This document shows, one piece after another, positions 1 to 8,809 of a DNA stretch of 64,000 bases. Each line of letters starts with the position of its first letter. Positions within the stretch are counted from its first letter, which is position 1. This DNA is from a virus: positions 64,001-128,000 of the IMG/VR virus record IMGVR_UViG_3300005681_000033. The stretch is one strand, 5' to 3'. The notes under the pieces were generated by a model that was given only the letters and a program-made list of their open reading frames with translations, was not told the DNA's origin and searched no databases. Position numbers and translations under genes: made by a program.

Positions 1-786
1 TTTGTTTGCAGGTGCAGAATCATCAGGACTATTTAAAGCTTCTTCGTTGTCGTCGGACACATCATCCTCATTTCCAATTGGAGCTTCATCAGAATCATCA
101 GAATCTGAATCAGCATCTTGTGCGTTAGGGTCAGCTGCTGGTGGTGTAGCAGGTGCAGGTTTATTCATAGCTTTGTTTTTTGGCATAGCTTTGTTATCTT
201 GAATATTTGTATTTGCTTCAGCCTCTGCACCTTCTTCAGCAGGAGCTTTTGGAACAATACTGTCTTCCTCAGCACCTTCTTCTGGTGCTACTTCTTCAGC
301 TTGTGATTCGTTATCTTCCATAGCTTGATCTTCTAGATCACCTTCAGCTGGAATTTCTGGAGCTTGGTCAATATCTTGTGATGGATCTTCATCACTAGAT
401 TCGTCTGAAAGATAATCTTCCATATTAGGATCATAGTGAATCGTTTGATTTTTACCATTCATTTTGCCATAGATTAGGGCTTTAGAAGCCTGTGACATAG
501 AAGCGCCCACACCAACAGTTAAACCATGACCAGACGATTCTTGATAATCTTGTCTGATGGAATCCATTTGCGCAAGAGCGTCGTCTGGAACTAAATAAAT
601 AGCTTCATCTCCAGAGCCAGTGATTTTTTTACCACCAATTCCCTCTGCCCATTCATCGATCTTTTTGTGTGCTTGATCAATAGTAGAACTTGCGTTCGCT
701 AAATCCTGGTGATCATCATTGGCAATTGCGTTACCAATTCTAGTACCAACATCATCTCCGTTCACCGCCAAGTAGACATTACCCAT
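1..786 (-). CDS. mCpol (minimal CRISPR polymerase / GGDEF-Cas10 palm-like) domain protein with acidic low-complexity tail; runs off the window edge
   Basis: Not in the ORF track. Translated by hand from ATG 786 after RBS TAAGGAG: MGNVYLAVNGDDVGTRIGNAIANDD...GGKKITGSGDEAIYLV...LTVGVGASMSQASKALIYGKMNGKN, then D/E/P/A-rich and open to position 1. Confidence 0.7.
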   Translation of the reverse strand, partial: MGNVYLAVNGDDVGTRIGNAIANDDHQDLANASSTIDQAHKKIDEWAEGIGGKKITGSGDEAIYLVPDDALAQMDSIRQDYQESSGHGLTVGVGASMSQASKALIYGKMNGKNQTIHYDPNMEDYLSDESSDEDPSQDIDQAPEIPAEGDLEDQAMEDNESQAEEVAPEEGAEEDSIVPKAPAEEGAEAEANTNIQDNKAMPKNKAMNKPAPATPPAADPNAQDADSDSDDSDEAPIGNEDDVSDDNEEALNSPDDSAPANK

Positions 787-1324
787 TTTGCAACTCCTTA
801 ATTTTATTACTTTTCTTTAAATTTTCTGAAGCTGGCAAATACTGCAAATTCCAAGGAACATGCAATCCACAAACATCTGGATGATTTAAAGGAATGATAT
901 GATCGACATGAAATCCTTTTGGACAATTGTTGTAAATATCTTTAATTTCATTCATTACATTTGTAAAAGTAGCTTTTTGAACTTTAGCTCTTCTAATACT
1001 TGCTTTATAAGCAATTTTACTTTTGTTATTTGAAGCCCATTGTTTTTCTCTAGCTCTATACTTTTCTTTATTTGCTAAATAATAGTTTTTACGATACTCA
1101 AGTATTTCTGGCTTGATTGCAATCAATCTTGAATATTCTTTCATTTTTGAAATACCATAGTCACTTGATCTATATTTTTTATCTGCTTTGGATTGCCAAG
1201 ATTTTACCTTATCTTTATTCCTTGCTCTATATTGTTTTTGATAAGTATAATGACAAGTTTTACACCATCTCTGTGTAAACTCTGTTAGATTTTTCTCTAC
1301 TTTGCATTTCGTACATTTTTTCAT
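779..1324 (-). CDS. HNH homing endonuclease
   Basis: N-terminal CxxC pairs; HVDHIIPL...CGLHVPWNLQYL...N. Confidence 0.9.
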   Translation of the reverse strand: MKKCTKCKVEKNLTEFTQRWCKTCHYTYQKQYRARNKDKVKSWQSKADKKYRSSDYGISKMKEYSRLIAIKPEILEYRKNYYLANKEKYRAREKQWASNNKSKIAYKASIRRAKVQKATFTNVMNEIKDIYNNCPKGFHVDHIIPLNHPDVCGLHVPWNLQYLPASENLKKSNKIKELQNG

Positions 1325-2214
1325 TTTTTAGCTCTCAAAGCCTCTAAAAGCATTTCTACATTTTCAATATCAAAATTTTTAGGAAATTTGATTTTTACGG
1401 TACCATCTACATTTTTCATAATTTTGATAGACTTGGCCATAAATTCACCGTAGCAAATACACGGAATAATTTCTTCTGATTCTTTTTTATGAATTGTGGT
1501 TTTACAATCTGGACATTTAACATCTTCACTCTTGTCCATTTCTACAGACTCTTGACGCTTTTTTTCTAAATTGTCAAGGAATTGTCGCAACTTACTCTTT
1601 TTATTATCTTCCATTGGCGTTTCTTCCTTTGGTTCAGGCTTTTCTTGTACAGATTCAAAATGACTATGTAATCTTGCCTGAATCATCTTTTGAATAGCCT
1701 CTCGTTCAGAGATACGCTTATCAACCACATCCTTAATCATGTTGTGCATCATTAAACGTTGATCGATCAGGTCTTGTAGTTTATCGATTTTTTGTTGTTC
1801 TGGTTCAGAAGGTTCTTTTTTAAGATCTTCGATTTTATCTAAATCATAAAGCTCAAATACACTTAATAAAATTAAGCCAATTGAAGGAAGAGATCTATGA
1901 TAGAATTCATATTTGACCTTACCTTCTTGTGTAATATTACCACTGTAGTTGTCAGCACCAAGTTTGTTAACATGAAGTTTTGCACCAAGTGCCCATGGAA
2001 TATCTAAGTCAGCAATGTCATTAGCCGATAAATGCTTAAGATTAAAGAATAGAAACGACAAAACTGCTCGTGGAACAATCTCCAGAGCTACTCTGATTTC
2101 TTCGGGTTGTAGAGCCGTCTTAGTTTCTGGTTTATAAATCGCTGATTTTTTCAATTCATCGAATATATCTTTACCTAGAATACTTTTGACGATTTTGACG
2201 TCTTTAAGTTTCAT
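1321..2214 (-). CDS. Hypothetical protein with Cys-rich C-terminus; candidate internal head protein
   Basis: CPDC...CIC; IVKS, LKKS, MDKS, MAKS motifs; in the late operon. Confidence 0.45.
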   Translation of the reverse strand: MKLKDVKIVKSILGKDIFDELKKSAIYKPETKTALQPEEIRVALEIVPRAVLSFLFFNLKHLSANDIADLDIPWALGAKLHVNKLGADNYSGNITQEGKVKYEFYHRSLPSIGLILLSVFELYDLDKIEDLKKEPSEPEQQKIDKLQDLIDQRLMMHNMIKDVVDKRISEREAIQKMIQARLHSHFESVQEKPEPKEETPMEDNKKSKLRQFLDNLEKKRQESVEMDKSEDVKCPDCKTTIHKKESEEIIPCICYGEFMAKSIKIMKNVDGTVKIKFPKNFDIENVEMLLEALRAKK

Positions 2215-2216
2215 TT

Positions 2217-2687
2217 TTAATCTCTAATGCGTGTATACTCAATACTTGAATCGTCATCGATTAAAAAACCAGCAACAGAAATAGCATTGTGCCATCGACC
2301 AGTGGAAACAACAGAATTAGCAGGACATGGAATTGCTGCAATAACATCAGGCGCTACATTTTTCCATTTTGCAGAATCAAAAGTGCCAGTGATTGCATCT
2401 TGCATGGCTAAGTATACAAAACCACCTTGAGTAACAACGTCGCCTTGTTGATAGGTTCTAGCCGAATCATACGCCTTACCAAGCATTGAAAGAGTGTAAG
2501 GACCAGCAGCAATTAGAATTAATTTACCAGCTCCAACAGGCTCGTTTGCTGAATAAGCACGCGCAGGTGTAGGTTGAACCACAATAACTTTGTCAGCTCC
2601 AACAGCGTCGTTGTATTTAATAGCATCAATAGCACCTAAGTCTTGGTTTGTATTGACACTTCTATTTGGTTTCTTTGCCATGTTCAA
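2217..2687 (-). CDS. Putative virion protein with carbohydrate-binding-module-like (CBM5/12) segment
   Basis: AYDSARTYQQGDVVTQGGFVYLA...W; late motif upstream. Confidence 0.5.
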   Translation of the reverse strand: MNMAKKPNRSVNTNQDLGAIDAIKYNDAVGADKVIVVQPTPARAYSANEPVGAGKLILIAAGPYTLSMLGKAYDSARTYQQGDVVTQGGFVYLAMQDAITGTFDSAKWKNVAPDVIAAIPCPANSVVSTGRWHNAISVAGFLIDDDSSIEYTRIRD

Positions 2688-2725
2688 ATCTCCTAATTAT
2701 ACCTTAAAGATTGTCATTTAGATGG

Positions 2726-3604
2726 TTAATCTTCAAAATCCCTAACATCTACGCGGATTTGGTAGTCGTTAGGCTCTATATTTTCTACCGGTTCGTCCTG
2801 AGTTCTTGGGGTTTCCGTCTTAACATTTGTTTCTTTTTTGTCACCACGTGGTTTGTTGTGGTAAACGTATTCTCTTTGAATAATCGCATGATAGGGCAGT
2901 CTAGCCGGTGCATTTGCATCACTGGTATTTGTAATCCTAACCTCATTAATAAGGCGCTGGACATACCAAAAAGCCACATACATATATCTAACACCGTATA
3001 AGCGACCTTTTCCGGTCGATGGGTCAATTCCAGGGTTTCTTTTGCCGTCAATCCATTGAATGTCACCATCGGAATTTACAATAAAATCAACACCTTCGTT
3101 ATATTGGACGTTGTTTGAATCTCTCAAAATTTGAACGCATTTGGCTGGAAACTGTAGCGTATCCGATGCTTTAGGTCTGTATTCAACCTCTTGATAATTT
3201 GGCACCCTAACTTCAATTTTTTTAGGGTAGATTCTGTCACCTGGAAGTAAGGCAATTTCTTTTCCACCACCGCAATCTTCATTGTAGAACTTTGGCAACA
3301 CCAATCTCGCTTCTGAGGTATCCATAATACCACCTTCAGAGTGATTGTGCTTTTTGCTATTACCAATAATGGTTCCAACGAATTCGCCTACTTTTGTGTA
3401 AATATATCCGTTTTCAGCAATTGTATCCAACGCTTCAGGTCTACGCAAATCACCACGATCAATCTTTCCAACTGTAGATGGAATAGCAGCAAAATGCTCA
3501 AAAACAACACCCTTGTCTTTGCCAAATTGTTCTTGAGATTCCAAATTGAATTTTATATCAGGTATAATGTCAGGTAATGCCTTGATATCTTCACCAGTGG
3601 CCAT
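2726..3604 (-). CDS. Putative neck / head-closure protein
   Basis: Size, beta-rich YNEGVDF..WIDG..Y.VRY pattern, late-cluster context. Confidence 0.5.
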   Translation of the reverse strand: MATGEDIKALPDIIPDIKFNLESQEQFGKDKGVVFEHFAAIPSTVGKIDRGDLRRPEALDTIAENGYIYTKVGEFVGTIIGNSKKHNHSEGGIMDTSEARLVLPKFYNEDCGGGKEIALLPGDRIYPKKIEVRVPNYQEVEYRPKASDTLQFPAKCVQILRDSNNVQYNEGVDFIVNSDGDIQWIDGKRNPGIDPSTGKGRLYGVRYMYVAFWYVQRLINEVRITNTSDANAPARLPYHAIIQREYVYHNKPRGDKKETNVKTETPRTQDEPVENIEPNDYQIRVDVRDFED

Positions 3605-4137
3605 TAGTATCCCTTTTTAATGCCTTTAAGATTTAACTCGTGTACTTTTTCTTTTAGGGCTCTTGCAATGCCTTTAGCTGTTCCTACGTTTTTGTCGACA
3701 ACTTCTTTGTAATCAAAACCACCGTTTTTTAAAACTAATGTTTGATCTTCAATTTCGCTAGAATATTGACCTAGTGTAAGTCCGTGTTTATAAAGAACAA
3801 AATCAATTTTATTGCCCTTAGAAAGGATGTACAATTCAACACCTTTTGCGATCATTTCGCTAGGTAAATATTCTGTTCTTGCTTCAACTTTCTCTAGTTG
3901 ATCTTGCTCTGATTTAAAAATTGCTGGTTCGAAATCAGCACCGTATTCTTTTGTTAATTGATGTGCAACTAGGGCTTGGTGAGAACCTGCAGCCAAGGCT
4001 TCAGCTTGAGAAGAAGATTTCTTCTTTTTGCCTACAGCTACATAAAAACCACCGTGGGTTTTAACGACCTTGACGTCATCTCCGTGTAAATTTCCAATAA
4101 CCTTAATTGATTCAACCTCTGATGGAAGTATATTCAT
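3604..4137 (-). CDS. Hypothetical late protein, candidate internal head protein
   Basis: RBS GAGG; own late motif; IFKSE motif mid-protein. Confidence 0.5.
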   Translation of the reverse strand: MNILPSEVESIKVIGNLHGDDVKVVKTHGGFYVAVGKKKKSSSQAEALAAGSHQALVAHQLTKEYGADFEPAIFKSEQDQLEKVEARTEYLPSEMIAKGVELYILSKGNKIDFVLYKHGLTLGQYSSEIEDQTLVLKNGGFDYKEVVDKNVGTAKGIARALKEKVHELNLKGIKKGY

Positions 4138-4200
4138 TTTTTACCTCTGTATTACTTATCTATATAAAAGATTGTGATTATTGATGAAAATAACAGATAA

Positions 4201-4845
4201 CTAATTGATTTTATTGCTTTTCTTTAAATTATCAACCATCCAAAGAGGTTGTAAATTCGTATAATGACACGCCTTAATGATTTCTTCTCTGTCCGTTAGA
4301 TTAAAACTTGACAATGGCTTGATGTGATCGATATGCCAACCAAATTTACCGTAGTTATTCCAAGACATATTTTTCTCAAATTTTGTTTCTATGTATTTTT
4401 TAAAAAAATCTAGAGTACAACCTAGATCTTTTATAGCAGAACCAGGTTTATTTCTATTGATTGCGTTATTTAGCCTAGTTCTTAGATTACAAGCAATGCG
4501 AAATTGTAAATCTTCTTTTTTTCTCTTTTTGTGATTAGTAACGCTTTTTTTAATTAAAATATTTCTATTAGCTTCGTAATATGCCTTGCTTTTTGCTTTA
4601 ATTTTATCTGGATTTTTCAGGCTATAGTTTTTATAAATAGTTTTCATTTTTTCTACATTGTTTTTTCTATAAAAACCATTTTTAGCCAATTCTTTTGTTT
4701 TGTTTTTGTTGTAATACACTTGTCTGTATTGTTTTTGACAAATTTTACAAATATCTCGAAAACCTGTTTTTGAAGAACAATGTTTGTTAAACTCAGTTAT
4801 TTCTTTAATATTTTGGCATTTTTTGCAAAAATGTGTTGTGTTCAT
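4201..4845 (-). CDS. HNH homing endonuclease
   Basis: CxxC pairs; WHIDHIKPLSSF...CHYTNLQPLW..DN. Confidence 0.88.
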   Translation of the reverse strand: MNTTHFCKKCQNIKEITEFNKHCSSKTGFRDICKICQKQYRQVYYNKNKTKELAKNGFYRKNNVEKMKTIYKNYSLKNPDKIKAKSKAYYEANRNILIKKSVTNHKKRKKEDLQFRIACNLRTRLNNAINRNKPGSAIKDLGCTLDFFKKYIETKFEKNMSWNNYGKFGWHIDHIKPLSSFNLTDREEIIKACHYTNLQPLWMVDNLKKSNKIN

Positions 4846-7800
4846 TTTTCTTGTTTTTTAATGTTTTTTACCGGTGGGTGTAGCTGATTCATAAGCTTTT
4901 GGACATAATGATGATCTTTAAATTGTCTACCATTTTTGATTGCTTTTTTCGTACCTGCAATCCCATTTAACCATGCGTAACCAATATGCATTGGGTTTTC
5001 ACCTAGTGCTTTTACGATATGGTCATAATGCTTAGAAGCAATTAAATGCTCAAGTTTTGGGTTTTTGTCCATATAATCATGAAACTCTTGACCTGTTAAA
5101 CCTAAAGCAGCTGAGTGAGCTTGCATTAAATTTGGAATTCTTTTAATTGTCTCTCGAATAACAACCGGCATTAATCCATAACTTCCGTAGGCTTTGTCAC
5201 CCTTAAAGAGTCCAGATTTCATTTCTGCATGGTCTGTGTTTTTACCATTAGATGATTCGATAAATTTAATTCCGCTCAACACCCGATCTTTTTTTGTAGG
5301 AGTAGTTGGCTTGTTTTCGACAACTTTTGGTTGGGTTGGCTGTGGTACCTGAGTTTGTTTAGAAGTATCCATCGGAGCCATAGTTCCAGCGGCAATTGCT
5401 AGTCCTGCAATCCCTGATTTGATCTTGTTTGAAATATCACCTTTTTGTAATGGTTGTAACACGATTGCCTCTCGCTTTCCAAACTTTTTACGTTTGAATT
5501 CTTCAGCTCTTTGTTGACGCTGTACCATTCTTTTATGGTCGTCTTGCCAAGCATTTGGTAATTCTTTTTCAGAAGCTTTTGCCTGTGCAGTTAGGTTAAT
5601 TTTTTGATTGAGATCTTTTCTAGGTTCCTTTGCTAATTCTACAATTTTAGGGTTTGCGTGTGCTATTTTACCTTTGTGGTTTACAATAACTTCGTGTTCT
5701 GTTCTAAACTGAGTGTTTTCGTCTGGAATTAATGTAGCATTTGGTACGTTATGAATGTGTGATTCTGGAATCCAAGCCGATACCACACGTGGGCTTTTGC
5801 CAAGATTTTCAAGGTGGTCACTAGCAAAACCACTAGCTACTTTGTAACTTGGTGTCCAAGATGTAAAAGAATTTGGAGGATAGTTGGCAACGCCATTGAT
5901 ATGATTTGTTTGAAATTCAGATTCCGCCATACCTCGATGTAACAAGAACATTCTCTCGCCTGTTTTTGGATGACGTCTAACCTGTGTTTTTCCTGTTAAT
6001 TTATGTAGGGCTCTGATTTTCGCATTGGCGTGAATTTCAGGGACGTTTTGACGAGCATCTTGATCATCACCTTCTTTAGTCCAGTTTTCAGTAGCCTTGT
6101 GATCTTCAGGATTTAAGTTTTTATCAGGATTAAAAGGTGCGAGTCTGTTCATTGCACCCTTCATCATGATAATTTCACGTTTCTTTAATTGCATTTGACT
6201 GTAAACAGATTGTACGCTATTTTTAGTAGTATTTTTTTCTGGTTGATGTGTGTTTAATTTATGCGGATTAACTATAACCTCATGTTCATTTTTTAAATTT
6301 TCCCTTAAAGAATGATCTTGTTGATTTTGATTTTTAATAGAAAACATTGGAATGCTATGTATGTGTTTTACAGGAATCCAAGAAGACATGGTTTTTGGAC
6401 CAGACATATCAATCTTTTTTCCATATGTTGATTCTTGTTCTTGAATATCATTTGGATTTTCCATGGCATTTCTAAAATAATCTTGAGCGAAGTTATGTGC
6501 TGTATTGTAATTAGGCGTCCAAGAAGTTTTATCATATGTATGATTATTATTTTCTATTGTATTGTGATGTTCTATTGGATGCATTCCTCTATGTAATAAA
6601 ACCTCAAGCTCTCCACTATTTGGATTTTTTCTTGTTTGTGTTTTTTTATAAAGATTAAGCAATGCTCTTTGTCTAGCATTTCCCACTACAGAAGGAACAT
6701 TATCCCTATTAAAAGATGAAGCATTTACCCATTGTTTTGTATTGTTGTGATTCTGATCGGTTATATCTGCATTAGGGTTAAACGGAAATAATCTTTGTTT
6801 AGCACCTTTCATCATAATGATTTCACGTTTCTTTAAACCACCAAGCTGTTTGTAAATAGAGTTGTGCTCGCTGTCCATGGCCCAATCTGGCAATACAGTA
6901 GCTTTTTGATCTGCATAAATTGTATTTGCAGGATTTTTTCTATTGTTCTCTCCATGGGGTCCAAAATTAACCCATGAATTTTGACCGCGAGTTTCTGCCG
7001 TCAATGCTTTCTGAGCCATTGGAGAATACATTTGCATATGGTTTTTCCATGCATTCTCTTCACCTTCAGCACCAAATCCATGGCCTTCTTTAGCATGGCC
7101 AAAATAATCATGTACAATTCTAAACACATCGTTGGCAACCATTGGTTGACCTTCATGCATGTGTTCAGTTGGTTGTAACATTGGATGTGCAGAATCCGCC
7201 TGATTGGGGTCGGAGCCATATCCACTTTCCGTTGGGAAATACCAAATATGATTATTATTGTGAATGTCGTGAAACAGGTCTTTAGAAGTTTTATATGGAT
7301 TTTCTTGTCCAGGTTTGATTTTAGAAATCTTTAAACCTGAATTTAAAATATGTTTAAACTGATCGTTAGTTTCTTTAACTAGAGCCTGATAAGCTTGTTG
7401 GACGTGTTGGGCTTGAGGTTCGTGATTTGCTTGATGATAGGCATCAGCAATACGCTTCGCACGCGTCGGGTCAACTTTGACAGCTGGCATCTTGTGTTGT
7501 AATCTCATTCCTTTAGAAGCTGCATACCGATCAGCAACACCTCTAATTTTATCACTACCTTTGTCAGTAGGTTTAGGCTTATTCATCCATGGAAAATCGG
7601 TTGGTAATGCACCACCAATACCCTTGGCTGCGTTTTCTTCATTTTGAGCACGTATTTTTTCTTGCTTAGAAGCACCGGCTACCATTTTATTGGCAACGTT
7701 GGTTTGTCGTTCATTTATGGCATGGCCAACTTCTTCTTCAGAGTATTCCTTACCACCAGCACCAATATGGTTGTCAGACTTGATCTGTTTAAGTCGATCT

Positions 7801-8786
7801 AAACCAATATGCTTTGATGGTGACTGAATACCCTTTTGAATGTTATTTAAGGACTCTTCTGACTCCACAGGAGTTTCATGGTACAAACCAACAACACCAC
7901 GCATATCTTCACGCTCATGTTGAGAGTTATAAAAACCATGAAACCCTCGCTTTTTTAGCTCTCCGTGTAATTCGTCACGGGTAACGATCCCTGGATTAAG
8001 GGTTTGACCTGATTGCTTCAGGTGTTGACTGACCTTGTCTTTGTCTAGACCAAGATCGTATAATTTAGCTTCTTGTGTTTTAACATGATATTTAGAATTC
8101 GAACCTTGAGTAACCAAATCTTCTGTTGGAGAATCCTGTCTATAGAAAAAAGACACAGGATGTTCTGGACGACCGTATTTAGAAGATGAATCTTTGATTC
8201 GATTGCCCTGATGAATTGGGTTGATTGACTTCAAACCTTGAGTTGGTGAATAATGAATCAAGGTTAATTCATCTTCGCTCTTTTTAACATAACCTTCTGG
8301 TTTCAATTTAGACATTTCTGGTTCATGGAAATTTTCCATGTCAAAAGAATGGGTAAAGGTAGTACCGTCTTTTAAGGTCGAAAAATAATCTTCAGGTGGT
8401 CGTTTATGGAAGTTTGTGCCTTGACCTTTTAAATGTTGGCCTGCGTGTTCACCGTGGTGGAAATGCATCTCATGATTGTAACCGTCTGAGTAAATACTCG
8501 ATTCTTGACCAAGTCCTTCAGCAAGCTTTTGTAAATATCTAACTGCGTGTTTATTTGGATTGTGAACCAAAATGGAGTTTTCTGGACTACCATAATGACC
8601 TTGTATTACATCGAAACGATAGCCTTTTTTAGTAAGCAAGTCTTGCACACCTTGATGATCAAGATTGTATTTAACTGGATAACGTGGATTTTCTGCAGAA
8701 AAGATAAAATGAGGCTTTCGAGCGTTGACAGAATCAACCTCGGTTGTTAATGGATTTTTAACTGATTGCAGTGTCTTTTTATACAT
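4842..8786 (-). CDS. Multidomain polyvalent/polyprotein: SAM-lyase-like, ART-like, HDxxGH metallopeptidase-like, 2x R-S-E ADP-ribosyltransferase, lytic transglycosylase
   Basis: FSAENP..GHYGSPENS..LA..GQES; LIHYS..FFY..LYDL..GFHG; VHDYFGH..GEENAW; LLHRG..SWTP..EHEVIV twice; IESSNG..AYGSYGLMP..AWLNG. Confidence 0.7.
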   Translation of the reverse strand: MYKKTLQSVKNPLTTEVDSVNARKPHFIFSAENPRYPVKYNLDHQGVQDLLTKKGYRFDVIQGHYGSPENSILVHNPNKHAVRYLQKLAEGLGQESSIYSDGYNHEMHFHHGEHAGQHLKGQGTNFHKRPPEDYFSTLKDGTTFTHSFDMENFHEPEMSKLKPEGYVKKSEDELTLIHYSPTQGLKSINPIHQGNRIKDSSSKYGRPEHPVSFFYRQDSPTEDLVTQGSNSKYHVKTQEAKLYDLGLDKDKVSQHLKQSGQTLNPGIVTRDELHGELKKRGFHGFYNSQHEREDMRGVVGLYHETPVESEESLNNIQKGIQSPSKHIGLDRLKQIKSDNHIGAGGKEYSEEEVGHAINERQTNVANKMVAGASKQEKIRAQNEENAAKGIGGALPTDFPWMNKPKPTDKGSDKIRGVADRYAASKGMRLQHKMPAVKVDPTRAKRIADAYHQANHEPQAQHVQQAYQALVKETNDQFKHILNSGLKISKIKPGQENPYKTSKDLFHDIHNNNHIWYFPTESGYGSDPNQADSAHPMLQPTEHMHEGQPMVANDVFRIVHDYFGHAKEGHGFGAEGEENAWKNHMQMYSPMAQKALTAETRGQNSWVNFGPHGENNRKNPANTIYADQKATVLPDWAMDSEHNSIYKQLGGLKKREIIMMKGAKQRLFPFNPNADITDQNHNNTKQWVNASSFNRDNVPSVVGNARQRALLNLYKKTQTRKNPNSGELEVLLHRGMHPIEHHNTIENNNHTYDKTSWTPNYNTAHNFAQDYFRNAMENPNDIQEQESTYGKKIDMSGPKTMSSWIPVKHIHSIPMFSIKNQNQQDHSLRENLKNEHEVIVNPHKLNTHQPEKNTTKNSVQSVYSQMQLKKREIIMMKGAMNRLAPFNPDKNLNPEDHKATENWTKEGDDQDARQNVPEIHANAKIRALHKLTGKTQVRRHPKTGERMFLLHRGMAESEFQTNHINGVANYPPNSFTSWTPSYKVASGFASDHLENLGKSPRVVSAWIPESHIHNVPNATLIPDENTQFRTEHEVIVNHKGKIAHANPKIVELAKEPRKDLNQKINLTAQAKASEKELPNAWQDDHKRMVQRQQRAEEFKRKKFGKREAIVLQPLQKGDISNKIKSGIAGLAIAAGTMAPMDTSKQTQVPQPTQPKVVENKPTTPTKKDRVLSGIKFIESSNGKNTDHAEMKSGLFKGDKAYGSYGLMPVVIRETIKRIPNLMQAHSAALGLTGQEFHDYMDKNPKLEHLIASKHYDHIVKALGENPMHIGYAWLNGIAGTKKAIKNGRQFKDHHYVQKLMNQLHPPVKNIKKQEK
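6154..6188 (-). repeat. 35-bp junction repeat, copy preceding ART domain 2 (encodes LKKREIIMMKGA)
   Basis: 32/35 identical to 6802-6836; mismatches synonymous. Confidence 0.9.
6802..6836 (-). repeat. 35-bp junction repeat, copy preceding ART domain 1
   Basis: 32/35 identical to 6154-6188. Confidence 0.9.
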
Positions 8787-8809
8787 ACGCCTCTAGTGTA
8801 ACATAAAAG

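Noticed and set aside
2-306. Plus-strand ORFs 2..202 and 118..306
   Set aside because: Shadows of the minus-strand mCpol-like gene; no RBS.
5680-6836. Diversity-generating retroelement template/variable repeat pair
   Set aside because: The repeat is only 35 bp with synonymous differences, and no reverse transcriptase is present in the window.
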